A stretch of DNA of 64,000 bases from a virus. Its lineage: Duplodnaviria; Heunggongvirae; Uroviricota; Caudoviricetes. Below are positions 1 through 8,892 of the stretch, piece after piece. The stretch lies in IMG/VR virus record IMGVR_UViG_3300045836_000008; one strand, written 5' to 3'. Both the position numbers and the translations under genes were made by a program. The notes under the pieces are model-generated. The model searched no databases. It was not told where the DNA came from and saw only the letters and a list, made by a program, of their open reading frames with translations. Position 1 is the stretch's first letter. Every line of letters begins with the position of its first letter.

Positions 1-844
1 CTCGGAATTCGGTACACCGCAATCGTACTTCGATGCGTTCGGCATCGATACGTCCCGCATCCTTCACGTGCCGATCACGGACATGGAAATGTTCAAGTTC
101 GACGTGATGAACTACTTCGATCCGAAGAACAAAGACGGCATCAAGCGCGGCGACAAGGTACTGATTTCCATCGACTCGCTTGGCAACTTGGCATCGCGTA
201 AGGAAGTCGAAGACGCGGTGAACGAGAAGTCCGTTGCGGACATGACCCGCGCGAAGCAAGCCAAGTCGATCTTCCGCATGATTACCCCGCACCTTCGCAT
301 GAAGGACATCCCGCTGGTCGCGATTCAGCACACGTACCAGACCCAAGAGATGTATTCGAAGACGGTGGTTTCTGGCGGCACTGGCGGCATCTACGCCGCT
401 GACACGATCTTCATCATTGGTCGTCAGCAAGACGCAGAAGGCGAAGGCGCTAAGAAGGTTCTGAACGGCTACGACTTCGTGATTAACGTCGAGAAGTCGC
501 GCTACGTCAAAGAGAAGTCCAAGATTCCGGTCACGATCAGCTTCAGCGGCGGTTTGTCGAAGTGGTCTGCCCTGTTCGATTGGGCGCTCGATGGCGGGTT
601 CATCACCAAGGCCAAGCAGTCGGGTCGATACAACCACGTGGACATCGAAACCGGCGAAATCGTTGGTGACGTGTTCACCAAGAAGGAAACGAATAACGCT
701 GACTTCTGGTTGCCGATCCTGACCAACAAGAAGTTCCAAGAGTACGTCGAGAACACGTACAAGCTTGGTGAAGCGAAGATGTTGACTGACGAAGAAATCG
801 CTGACATCTACGAAGACCTTGAAGAAGTGGAAGTACCCGAATGA
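1..844 (+). CDS. uvsX: RecA-family recombinase UvsX, C-terminal portion (5' end outside window)
   Basis: Open frame from the window edge to the stop at 844. Near-collinear similarity to the C-terminal half of T4 UvsX (SLGNLASRKE..DMTRAKQAKS..AIQHTYQTQEMYSKTV..GGTGGIYAADT.FIIG...NVEKSRYVKEKSK). Synteny uvsX-small gene-gp41 matches T4. Confidence 0.85.
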   Translation, partial: SEFGTPQSYFDAFGIDTSRILHVPITDMEMFKFDVMNYFDPKNKDGIKRGDKVLISIDSLGNLASRKEVEDAVNEKSVADMTRAKQAKSIFRMITPHLRMKDIPLVAIQHTYQTQEMYSKTVVSGGTGGIYAADTIFIIGRQQDAEGEGAKKVLNGYDFVINVEKSRYVKEKSKIPVTISFSGGLSKWSALFDWALDGGFITKAKQSGRYNHVDIETGEIVGDVFTKKETNNADFWLPILTNKKFQEYVENTYKLGEAKMLTDEEIADIYEDLEEVEVPE

Positions 845-1137
845 GTAAGACGCTACCGCGCTATGCGCTGATTGAGTTGGACGGCGAAGAGTCGTGGTGC
901 GTCAGAATCGGTTCCGGTGATTACGCTGATGTGGTGTACAAGTACAACCATGTCCGCGTAGTCGAACCGGATTCAGATGACGGCTATGCCACTCTGAAGT
1001 ACAACTATGAAGTTCTGTACCACGCAGAACTACCCGAAGAGAAGTTTGCAAAGAACCCCGCGTTCGAAAACTTGATCGGGGACATTCTATACGAATTGAT
1101 TATGTCCTTTGAAGAGAAGCAAGACGATCAACAGTAA
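841..1137 (+). CDS. hypothetical acidic protein occupying the T4 gene-40 position between uvsX and the helicase
   Basis: ATG overlaps the uvsX stop (ATGA) and the stop lies 3 nt before the helicase start. No recognisable motif. Confidence 0.5.
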   Translation: MSKTLPRYALIELDGEESWCVRIGSGDYADVVYKYNHVRVVEPDSDDGYATLKYNYEVLYHAELPEEKFAKNPAFENLIGDILYELIMSFEEKQDDQQ

Positions 1138-1140
1138 TAC

Positions 1141-2553
1141 ATGGAACGCATAGAGAAGACTATCCTGCAAAGTCTGATCTACAATGAAGGGTACATGCGC
1201 AAGGTGTACCCTTTCTTGAAGGCTGAATATTTCACCGATCAGATTGATGCGCAGATGTTCAAAACGATTGCCGGGTTCATCAACACGTACAACGCGTGTC
1301 CGAGCAAAGAAGCAATCGAGATTTCGCTACAGAACGACAAGACAGTAGGAGAAGACAGCTACGAACAGTGCATCGAAGAACTGCGTGAATATTCGGCATC
1401 CGAATCAGTCGATCAGTTCTTGATTGACGAGACGGAGAAGTTCTGTAAAGACAAGGCCGTGTTCAATGCCATCACACGATCCATCAAGATCATGGACGGC
1501 AAGGACAAGGAAATCGGACAGGACGGCATCCCGCAGCTTCTACAAGATGCCTTGGCTGTCGCGTTCAATACGAACGTGGGCCACGATTACTTCGAAGATG
1601 CAGAACGACGTTTCGAGTTCTACAACAAGGAAGAAGAACGGATTCCGTTCCACCTTGAACTGTTGAACAAGGTCACGAAGGGTGGACCGCCGAAGAAAAC
1701 CCTGACGTGTGTTCTCGCGCCGACCGGTGCAGGTAAGTCGCTGTTCATGACTGATTGGGCTTCGTACCTTGTCAGCATCGGCTACAACGTCCTGTACATC
1801 ACGGCGGAAATGGCAGAAGAGCGCATCGCAGAACGTAACGATGCGAACCTGCTAGATGTGCCCCTTGACCAACTGAAGAAGATGGACAAGGACGCGTTCC
1901 TTGGACGCATGGGTAAGATTCGTGCGAAGACCCAAGGCCGGATGTTCATCAAAGAGTATCCGACATCGAGCGCACACGTAGGCCACTTCAAGGCGCTGTT
2001 GAACGAACTGAAGGTCAAGCAGAAGTTCGTCCCCGACATCATCTTCGTGGACTACATCAACATCTGTCTGTCGCAACGGTACAAGGCTGGCGGCAATGCC
2101 AATAGCTACACCATCGTCAAGGCAACAGCAGAAGAACTGCGCGGTCTGGCAGTTGAATACAATGTCCCGGTCGTCACGGCCACGCAGGTAAATCGCGATG
2201 GTATGGACAACAGCGACATTGACATGACAAACACATCCGAATCTATGGGCTTGCCGATGTCCCTTGACATCTTCTTCGCACTGATCCCGACTGAAGAGTT
2301 GGAAGCGATGAACCAGATCATGATTAAGCAGTTGAAGAACCGCTTCGGTGACATCAACTACTACAAGCGGTTTGTCGTTGGCATCGACCGATCAAAGATG
2401 CGTCTGTACGATGTCGAGACGAACGCACAAGAGAACGTAGGCAAGGACGTTGGCGAGAAGAAGGGCTACGAGTCCGACACCTTCAAGCAAGCCGCAGAGA
2501 AGGTCGCAGCCAAGCCGAAACCCGGATTCGATTTCGCTGGAATCAAATTCTGA
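1141..2553 (+). CDS. 41: replicative DNA helicase, DnaB family (T4 gp41-like)
   Basis: 470 aa, the same size as T4 gp41. Walker A APTGAGKS, RecA-fold helicase motifs (VDYINI, TATQVNRDG), N-terminal DnaB-like domain. Located downstream of uvsX as in T4. Confidence 0.9.
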   Translation: MERIEKTILQSLIYNEGYMRKVYPFLKAEYFTDQIDAQMFKTIAGFINTYNACPSKEAIEISLQNDKTVGEDSYEQCIEELREYSASESVDQFLIDETEKFCKDKAVFNAITRSIKIMDGKDKEIGQDGIPQLLQDALAVAFNTNVGHDYFEDAERRFEFYNKEEERIPFHLELLNKVTKGGPPKKTLTCVLAPTGAGKSLFMTDWASYLVSIGYNVLYITAEMAEERIAERNDANLLDVPLDQLKKMDKDAFLGRMGKIRAKTQGRMFIKEYPTSSAHVGHFKALLNELKVKQKFVPDIIFVDYINICLSQRYKAGGNANSYTIVKATAEELRGLAVEYNVPVVTATQVNRDGMDNSDIDMTNTSESMGLPMSLDIFFALIPTEELEAMNQIMIKQLKNRFGDINYYKRFVVGIDRSKMRLYDVETNAQENVGKDVGEKKGYESDTFKQAAEKVAAKPKPGFDFAGIKF

Positions 2554-3074
2554 TGCCGAAAGCAAGAGAACTGCCGTCACAAGCAGTTCTTCAGACGATG
2601 TTCCATTACGACCGCGCGACCGGCGAACTGTTCGCCAAGGTTGACGGTCATCTGGAACCGCTGAAGATCAAGGCTGACCGTGACGGCCACACAAGCTTCA
2701 CCCACAACGGTCATTACTGGTCCCTGAAACGCACCATAGCCGCCCTGTTGGGTCTGCCGGTCACGACCGATACACACGTGGCCCTTATCAACGGGAACGC
2801 CTTAGACGCCCGCTATTCGAATCTACAGGTGCTTACGCCTGAAGAGAACGCGGCGATGAAGAAGCGCAACCCGAACGTGGAATATGTCGAACCCGGCATC
2901 ATCTACAGCTACATCATCGACAAGTTCATGGTGCGTACCGGGTATCGAGACGTGAAGCGTCGTCGTGACCGGCACTATGCCACGCTGGAAGAAGCCCGCG
3001 CGCACCGCGATGCACTGATTGCAACCATGCGCAAAGAAATTCAGGCACGCCCGGAACGGTTCGATTTCGAGTGA
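2553..3074 (+). CDS. HNH homing endonuclease with C-terminal AP2 DNA-binding domain
   Basis: HNH_3-type motif (HVALINGNALDARYSNLQVLTPEEN) plus an AP2-like YATLEEARAHRDAL segment. Start overlaps the helicase stop (TGATG). Confidence 0.7.
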   Translation: MPKARELPSQAVLQTMFHYDRATGELFAKVDGHLEPLKIKADRDGHTSFTHNGHYWSLKRTIAALLGLPVTTDTHVALINGNALDARYSNLQVLTPEENAAMKKRNPNVEYVEPGIIYSYIIDKFMVRTGYRDVKRRRDRHYATLEEARAHRDALIATMRKEIQARPERFDFE

Positions 3075-3116
3075 TCGCCCTAAATATTTCCGTCAACAAC
3101 TGCGGGAGTTGCGGAA

Positions 3117-3791
3117 ATGTTTCTGGCACACAAGATCAACAAGCGTGTCGCGCAACTACATCATGCGTTGTCAACCCGGTCAGTGATCGGGCACGACGAA
3201 CTTCAGAAGGTCTTCTACGAAGCGGTCAAACCACTCGGTGTCCGAGTTGTCATGATCCGTGACGATCTACCGAAGAATGCTTTTGCGATTGGTGGTTTTT
3301 ATGAACCGTGGCGAAAGCGCCAACCCATCTGTATCGAATTGTTCGTCAGCAAGAAGACCGATTCACTTCGGATTTCAAAGAAGTGGCTGTCGAACACTCT
3401 GTTCACGTTGTACCAAACTCTGTCGCATGAACTGCTGCACAAACAGCAGTACAGCCATCGCAGACCGGATTCAGTCGTTTGGCTGATCCCGTTGGCCGGT
3501 GGTGTCGAGATGGACGAACAGCAAGCCTATCTCGCAGAAATAGACGAGATTGACGCCTACGCGCATGACATTGCGCTGGAACTGGTCTTCTACCATCCCG
3601 ACGATTGCTTCGAAGTCCTACGGACAATGCAATCGCACAAGATTTCGTCATGGCAGCTTTACGTGGATGCCTTCGACGGCACTGACTGGTCCGAGATTCA
3701 TAACCGGTTGCTGAAGAAAGTGTTCGAACATCTAACCCGTATCCGGGAAAATGGAGAACAATTCTCATGTACGAAAATATCTTTTCGGTGA
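3117..3791 (+). CDS. hypothetical protein with HExxH motif (possible SprT-like zinc metallopeptidase fold)
   Basis: SHELLHKQQ HExxH motif. Otherwise unrecognised. Confidence 0.45.
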   Translation: MFLAHKINKRVAQLHHALSTRSVIGHDELQKVFYEAVKPLGVRVVMIRDDLPKNAFAIGGFYEPWRKRQPICIELFVSKKTDSLRISKKWLSNTLFTLYQTLSHELLHKQQYSHRRPDSVVWLIPLAGGVEMDEQQAYLAEIDEIDAYAHDIALELVFYHPDDCFEVLRTMQSHKISSWQLYVDAFDGTDWSEIHNRLLKKVFEHLTRIRENGEQFSCTKISFR

Positions 3792-3943
3792 TGGACCTGA
3801 TACAATACGCACTCGTTGCCGCGTGTGGGTTTGCGTTGTATCGCGAAGGCTTCAAACGCGGCGCACGTCAAGTCCTTGAAAAACTGGCAGAGATGGGTGT
3901 TGTGCAGTTGCAACAACCTGAACAAGACGAAGAAAACAGTTGA
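3767..3943 (+). CDS. small hypothetical membrane protein (58 aa, one predicted TM)
   Basis: ATG-initiated ORF overlapping the end of the previous gene with a hydrophobic LIQYALVAACGFALY segment. Below the 60-aa ORF-track cutoff. Confidence 0.3.
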   Translation: MYENIFSVMDLIQYALVAACGFALYREGFKRGARQVLEKLAEMGVVQLQQPEQDEENS

Positions 3944-3968
3944 CCAACCTTGGGAATGACTGTATAAT
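3940..3968 (+). promoter_or_regulatory. sigma70-type promoter (TTGACC-17-TATAAT) with CCTTGGGAA half-site in the spacer, driving the tRNA
   Basis: TTGACC aaccttgggaatgactg TATAAT read directly. Member of the window-wide promoter family. Confidence 0.6.
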
Positions 3969-4039
3969 GTGGTTTCACAGTTGATGATGTCGATCAACAC
4001 CGGTTCTTGTAGATTTGTCCGGGCAAAACAATCTCCGAT

Positions 4040-4112
4040 GGGTCGGTAGTTTATCTGGCTAAAACGGCGGACTCCAAACCCGCAGTGCAAGGTTCAAGTC
4101 CTTGTCGGCCCG
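4040..4112 (+). tRNA. tRNA, anticodon CCA (tRNA-Trp)
   Basis: Manual cloverleaf: acceptor GGGTCGG/TCGGCCC (two G-U pairs), U8, D-stem GTTT/AAAC with GG in the D-loop, anticodon loop CTCCAAA (U33, CCA, A37), T-arm CAAGG-TTCAAGT-CCTTG, discriminator G, encoded CCA at 4113-4115. One A-C mismatch at 31-39. Confidence 0.6.
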
Positions 4113-4167
4113 CCACATACTTGACCGCCAAGAGCGCGGAACTAAAACCTGAAGAGAAGTAGAGAAG

Positions 4168-4425
4168 ATGACTAAACAAGTTGCACCCCTGTCGCAAAAG
4201 GCACAAATCGAAAAGCTGCTTCGCCGTGGTCGCGTCCTGACCGCAGCGCAACTGCGTGAACTCGGTGTCACCAAGCCGTCCGCGCGCATCTGCAATCTGC
4301 GCGACGATGGTCTGCGCATCGTCAGCACGAAGAACAAGCAAGGCACCCCGGCATGGAAGCTGGACAAGGCGTTCTACAACGGCCTTGATGCTCGATCAAC
4401 ACCGGCATACGCATTCAGCGTCTAA
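4168..4425 (+). CDS. small DNA-binding protein with helix-turn-helix / winged-helix character
   Basis: 85 aa, basic, with a LTAAQLRELGVTKPSARICNLRDDGL HTH-like segment. Immediately downstream of the tRNA. Confidence 0.5.
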   Translation: MTKQVAPLSQKAQIEKLLRRGRVLTAAQLRELGVTKPSARICNLRDDGLRIVSTKNKQGTPAWKLDKAFYNGLDARSTPAYAFSV

Positions 4426-4447
4426 GCGCCACAACGACCAAACATCC

Positions 4448-4463
4448 GTGGGCTTCGGCCCAC
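4448..4463 (+). other. GC-rich stem-loop with UUCG tetraloop (GUGGGC-UUCG-GCCCAC), no U-tract
   Basis: Read directly. Lies between the HTH gene and the next ORF. Confidence 0.4.
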
Positions 4464-4488
4464 TTGAGAACTCTCTAAGACATCCTAC

Positions 4489-4977
4489 ATGCACGCAGAC
4501 AACCTGAAAGCCCTTCTTTTCGCACAACTTGACGCTTGCGAAGACGCCACAACCCTTCGCACGCTGGTGAAGATCGCTGACGAAGTGATCGAGCATCAAG
4601 GCAACGAACTCAACGCTGCACACGAAGTGTTCGAAATCCTGACGGGCCAACTTGCCGAACTCGGTGATGACGCCGACCGCTACCAACTGCTGAAGCGCAT
4701 CATCGGTGACATGCTGGTTGTCGCGGCATATACCGGCGCACAGGCCGGTCACAAGGCCGTCGAAGCCTTCAAGAAGTTCGATGTCGCTTTGCTCGATTCG
4801 ACGCTGGACAACCTGATCGAAGCTGGTCTTCTCGATGAACTCGAAGAGCGCGAGACGGCCCAAGCAGCGGCAGATGCCGGTGTCGAACTCGATGATGAAC
4901 CGGTCGGTTATGCCGCAGCCGGTCCCGCATACCGCGACGAACTTCTGCCGCAAGGCGTGCTGTCGGACGAGTATTGA
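4489..4977 (+). CDS. hypothetical acidic protein
   Basis: 162-aa ORF with coding-like composition. No motif recognised. Confidence 0.5.
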   Translation: MHADNLKALLFAQLDACEDATTLRTLVKIADEVIEHQGNELNAAHEVFEILTGQLAELGDDADRYQLLKRIIGDMLVVAAYTGAQAGHKAVEAFKKFDVALLDSTLDNLIEAGLLDELEERETAQAAADAGVELDDEPVGYAAAGPAYRDELLPQGVLSDEY

Positions 4978-5099
4978 ATCACGCGTGACGTGTAGGTAGG
5001 GAAAGCAAACGGAGCATGGGAAGCGATGGTCTTGAAAACCTAGCGGATACCGCACCGGCCTACACAAACAAGCCCAACGTTGGACATCTGAAAAAGGTG

Positions 5100-5129
5100 T
5101 TGACAACGTTGGGCTTTTTCGTTTATGAT
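5100..5129 (+). promoter_or_regulatory. promoter of the conserved family (TTGACA-acgttgggctttttcgt-TTATGAT, leader TTCACTCAC...GGAG)
   Basis: Read directly. Conserved leader and GGAG precede the ATG at 5163. Confidence 0.5.
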
Positions 5130-5162
5130 TCACTCACTGGCACACACCACGGAGCGCAAGAC

Positions 5163-6344
5163 ATGAAAATCGCTGAATTCAACGCCGAAAAGTTCCTGAA
5201 GAAGATCGCGACGTTCAACCGTAAGGCAAAGAAGCTGCAACTGCCGGAAGTCAAGGCCGTCAAGATCGGTTCGGAACTCGTTGAACAGAAGCACAAGGAC
5301 GATGAAGGTAACGTCGAGACGTACTTCATCCAAGTCGATGAATACGACATTCAGGGCGAAATCCCGCGCGTCGGTGGTTGGGCGATTCACTCGAAGGTGC
5401 AGCCCGCCGAACAAGAAGCCGGTAACTTCGTGTACACGAACAAGGGCTTCGAACCGCGTGAATCGCTGCGCACGGTCGGTATGGTCTGCCAGCACTGCAA
5501 CATGGCCCGCCGTCGCGGCACGGTGTACCTGCTTCAGAACAGCGAGACGGGCGAAGAAAAGCTGGTCGGCAAGTCATGCCTGAAGGACTTCTTGCCGGAA
5601 CTGAATATCCTTGAAGTGCTGGCGTATCTGGAAGGCATCGAAAAGCTGTCGTCGGAAGGCAACGTGTACTGCGACGAAGACGGCGAACCGATTGACGGTG
5701 GCTGGCCGCGTAGCGCATGGGTGTACCCGACTTGGGACTTGGTTGCAGAATCGCTGGTCCTGATCCGCAAGTGGGGTTTTGTGTCGAAGGCCGCAGCGCG
5801 TGACAGCTTCGACACCACGGCCACGGCTGACCTGCTTGGCCGTACCGGAAAGGCCCGCAAAGAACTGTACAGCGACGCAGAAATCGAAGCTGTACGCGAT
5901 CAGGTCGAACAGTGCATCGAGTGGATCACGACGCAGGACGCCAAGTCGGACTTCTTCTACAATCTGCAACTGGCATTCAAGCAGAAGGGCGCTGGTTACA
6001 AGATGTTCTCTTTTGTTGCAGCCGGTGTGTTCCAGTGGATCAAGCATCTCGGTGAACTGGAAGCGAAGAAGAACACGAACAAGCGCAACGAGTTCGTAGG
6101 CGAGATTGGCGAGCGCCGGGTGTTCGCAGATGTCAAGATCGTCCGCGAATACGTCAGCGAAGGCCAGTGGGGTTCGACCTTCATCACGACGCTCGAAATG
6201 GTTGACGGGCAATCGCTGGTGTGGTTTGCTTCGAAGCGCGTAGGTGAGATTGGCGAGACGATGACGATCAAGGCAACGATCAAGGAACACAAGATGTACA
6301 ACGATCTTCACCAGACGGTCATCACGCGCGGCGCAAAGATTTGA
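5163..6344 (+). CDS. hypothetical protein (393 aa)
   Basis: Start chosen at the ATG after the family promoter/leader and GGAG. The ORF track extends upstream to 5016. Confidence 0.55.
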   Translation: MKIAEFNAEKFLKKIATFNRKAKKLQLPEVKAVKIGSELVEQKHKDDEGNVETYFIQVDEYDIQGEIPRVGGWAIHSKVQPAEQEAGNFVYTNKGFEPRESLRTVGMVCQHCNMARRRGTVYLLQNSETGEEKLVGKSCLKDFLPELNILEVLAYLEGIEKLSSEGNVYCDEDGEPIDGGWPRSAWVYPTWDLVAESLVLIRKWGFVSKAAARDSFDTTATADLLGRTGKARKELYSDAEIEAVRDQVEQCIEWITTQDAKSDFFYNLQLAFKQKGAGYKMFSFVAAGVFQWIKHLGELEAKKNTNKRNEFVGEIGERRVFADVKIVREYVSEGQWGSTFITTLEMVDGQSLVWFASKRVGEIGETMTIKATIKEHKMYNDLHQTVITRGAKI

Positions 6345-6365
6345 CGGGGGAGAAGCAGGGAGTTT

Positions 6366-6391
6366 AAGGGGACTTCGGTCCCCTTCTTTTT
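6366..6391 (+). terminator. rho-independent terminator, UUCG tetraloop (AAGGGGAC-UUCG-GUCCCCUU + CUUUUUG)
   Basis: Perfect 8-bp stem, UUCG loop, U-tract. Confidence 0.8.
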
Positions 6392-6410
6392 GACCTATGA
6401 CGGAGAAAAC

Positions 6411-6827
6411 ATGATCGTAAAAGCAGTCGAACGCGCGTATCGGGTGAAGGCCGAACGTAATTGGGACTACGTATATTGGGCCGTCGATCTTCATGGCGTG
6501 TGCCTGAAGTCGAACTACAACGCTGGCGGGTATCAGTGGATCACCGAAGACGCACCGCGTGTACTGAAGCTGCTGTCAGATCGACCCGAGACACGGATCA
6601 TTCTGTGGTCGTCGGTGTATCGAGAAGAGAAGTCCGACATCATCGGCTTCTTCCGCAAGCACGGCATTGAAGTGTGGGATTTCAACGGCAATCTGAGCGA
6701 GCCGAACACCATCGTGTCGTGCTTTGAAGAGAAGTTCTACTTCTCGATCCTGCTTGACGACAAGGCCGGGTTCGATCCTGAGACGGACTGGCGAGCCATC
6801 GAACAATTTGTTACATCGATGGACTGA
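6411..6827 (+). CDS. hypothetical protein
   Basis: ATG 5 nt after GGAG (gacGGAGaaaacATG). The ORF track extends to a TTG at 6390. Confidence 0.5.
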   Translation: MIVKAVERAYRVKAERNWDYVYWAVDLHGVCLKSNYNAGGYQWITEDAPRVLKLLSDRPETRIILWSSVYREEKSDIIGFFRKHGIEVWDFNGNLSEPNTIVSCFEEKFYFSILLDDKAGFDPETDWRAIEQFVTSMD

Positions 6828-7064
6828 TAGGAAGGACCGGGAACGCTAAATAGTAGTGTTCCCGTTGTTGACTCTTTGAGTACGGGACCGGGTTGTAGAT
6901 AGTTGAACATCATGTTCCGCGCTTCGCGCGTCGTGCTTCGCACGAAACATCATTCATGGACTTGTTACCAATGACCATGAACCCCGAAAAACCATTATAC
7001 CAACGTCCCAAAGTTGTGTCAAGCTAAATAAATTGACGCAACCCAAACACAAGGATTCACAACA

Positions 7065-7586
7065 ATGTCAAATTGGTCCCTAAAGAACCCGCCTACGTAC
7101 CGCCCGGATGCTGTTGCTGGTCCTGAAGGCTGGAAAGACCCGGTAACGGGCGAAGTGCTGGTCGCAATCGGCGGTCTGACGACGAAGAAGGCACCGCTGG
7201 CAAGCTGGCCTACCTTCACCCTTGCCGTCCCCGCAAACGGCACGTATCCGGCTGGTACGACCCTGACGTTCACCGTCACGGCATCGTCAGTCGTCGCAGT
7301 CGCAGGTACGCCGTCAATCGACGTGACGTTCGGCACGACTGTCCGACAGGCGCAATTCACTGGCATCGATTCAACGAAGAAGATTCTGACGTTCGCCTAC
7401 ACGACCGTCGCGGGCGATGACGCACCGTCTGGCATCGTGGTCAACAACACCATCGACCTGAACACGGTTGGCAAGGGCAAGTCCCGCGTGGTGGACGAAC
7501 TGACGCTGAACAGCGGCGAGACGATCCCGGCTGCTTCGCTGACGTTCACGGTCCCGGCCACGACTGGCATCATCACTACGGGCTAA
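7065..7586 (+). CDS. hypothetical Thr/Val-rich beta-rich protein (possible Ig-like/structural decoration domain)
   Basis: TLTFTVTASSVVAVAGTPSIDVTFGTTV-type beta-strand repeats. Confidence 0.5.
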   Translation: MSNWSLKNPPTYRPDAVAGPEGWKDPVTGEVLVAIGGLTTKKAPLASWPTFTLAVPANGTYPAGTTLTFTVTASSVVAVAGTPSIDVTFGTTVRQAQFTGIDSTKKILTFAYTTVAGDDAPSGIVVNNTIDLNTVGKGKSRVVDELTLNSGETIPAASLTFTVPATTGIITTG

Positions 7587-7593
7587 TTGAACG

Positions 7594-8028
7594 ATGGATC
7601 AGAAAGTTAGCGGGCTTCCACAAGCCACGTCAGTTCTGGCCGCTGACAACCTGATCCTGAACCAGAATGGCATTACGAAGCGTATTGCCATCTCTGACTT
7701 CTTTGGATCGGGTTTGCCGGTCACGATCAATGCCGCTGGTCAGATCGTCTTGGGTTCAACGCCCGAAGTCGTGAATACCGGCGCAGTATCACTGACGGTT
7801 CTCCGAACGCACATCAATCTGTCGGGTTCGCAATCCATCACCATTCCGAACGGCGTAGACGGCCAGATGAAGGTCATCATCGCGGCGGTCGGCACTGGTG
7901 GTGTCACAACCCTGACCGGTTCTTTGTACGCAAACACAATTCAGTTCTCCAAACTTGGCGATACCGCATTGCTGCTATTCACTGGCGGCAAATGGGCGCA
8001 AGTCGGCGGAACTGCTGTTTCACTGTAA
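7594..8028 (+). CDS. hypothetical Thr/Gly/Val-rich beta-rich protein
   Basis: 144-aa ORF with composition similar to the preceding gene. Confidence 0.5.
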   Translation: MDQKVSGLPQATSVLAADNLILNQNGITKRIAISDFFGSGLPVTINAAGQIVLGSTPEVVNTGAVSLTVLRTHINLSGSQSITIPNGVDGQMKVIIAAVGTGGVTTLTGSLYANTIQFSKLGDTALLLFTGGKWAQVGGTAVSL

Positions 8029-8031
8029 AAG

Positions 8032-8436
8032 ATGATTAAAGTCGATTTGTCCGAAGACAACTTCGAGTATTTCGCGATTCGGCACTACGATGACCCGAAC
8101 TGTCAAGGGCTGCATGAATTCAAGGAAGACATGCAGCGGTTCAAGTACCTGAATCGACTCCTGAACAAGTACGAAGAGTGCGGCGAGATGCGTACCAACC
8201 TTGTGTTGAACCATATCGTCGTTCTCTACAACCTATTCAACGATGCGGCGACAAACATGCTGTTCTATCGCGTTGCCGAGAAACACTGGCCGATCTTGGT
8301 CCCGTTCCTGATCTATATCAACCGGTTGCCGAACGACATCCACCTGTCGGCCACGCGGACCATCAAGGACAGCGACATTCAGATCGACATGAATGTTGTC
8401 TCGATTCTGCGCGAATTCAACCGACAAGGTTGCTAA
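8032..8436 (+). CDS. hypothetical protein
   Basis: 134-aa ORF with lower GC than its neighbours. Confidence 0.5.
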   Translation: MIKVDLSEDNFEYFAIRHYDDPNCQGLHEFKEDMQRFKYLNRLLNKYEECGEMRTNLVLNHIVVLYNLFNDAATNMLFYRVAEKHWPILVPFLIYINRLPNDIHLSATRTIKDSDIQIDMNVVSILREFNRQGC

Positions 8437-8444
8437 GGAAACCT

Positions 8445-8621
8445 ATGGAATACGACATCAAGACGTTCCGCCAGTTCTGTGAAGATGGCGGCGCAGCCGG
8501 TGCAGCAAGTGGTGTAGCGGCAAACAGTACGGGTACGGCAGTGGCCGGAACTGGTGATGATAAATCTACTGTAGTGGTTAAGAAGAAACCAACAATCATC
8601 ACAAGGACCAAACCCGAATGA
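8445..8621 (+). CDS. small hypothetical protein (58 aa)
   Basis: ATG-initiated, in frame with the long track ORF 8178-8621. Stop overlaps the next start (GAATGA). Confidence 0.35.
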   Translation: MEYDIKTFRQFCEDGGAAGAASGVAANSTGTAVAGTGDDKSTVVVKKKPTIITRTKPE

Positions 8622-8890
8622 AACTGTTCCACAAAATCAAACAGTGGTTCAAGCGCTCACATCATGACGCAGCTACAGTAGCCGAACTGAAGGACATCGC
8701 GAAGTATGAGACAGAAGCAAGTCTCGAAGTCCTTCCGGTGATCCCCGCGCCAAAGCCGAAGAGCAACCGCAAACCGGGACCGAAGAAGCAAGTCCCCGGA
8801 CAGCCCGCAGTGAAAACGGGTGCGCCGAAGAAAACCGGTAGCACATCGAAGAAGCCGCGTCAGTACAACAAACCAAAACCGAAGGTCTGA
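8618..8890 (+). CDS. hypothetical Lys/Pro-rich basic protein
   Basis: PKPKSNRKPGPKKQVPGQPAVKTGAPKKTGSTSKKPRQYNKPKPKV tail. Translationally coupled to the preceding ORF. Confidence 0.5.
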   Translation: MKLFHKIKQWFKRSHHDAATVAELKDIAKYETEASLEVLPVIPAPKPKSNRKPGPKKQVPGQPAVKTGAPKKTGSTSKKPRQYNKPKPKV

Positions 8891-8892
8891 TT

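Noticed and set aside
5574-6494. 306-aa minus-strand ORF overlapping the + strand gene 5163-6344
   Set aside because: It is antisense to a well-supported + strand gene in a GC-rich region where long spurious antisense ORFs are expected. No promoter or RBS is evident.
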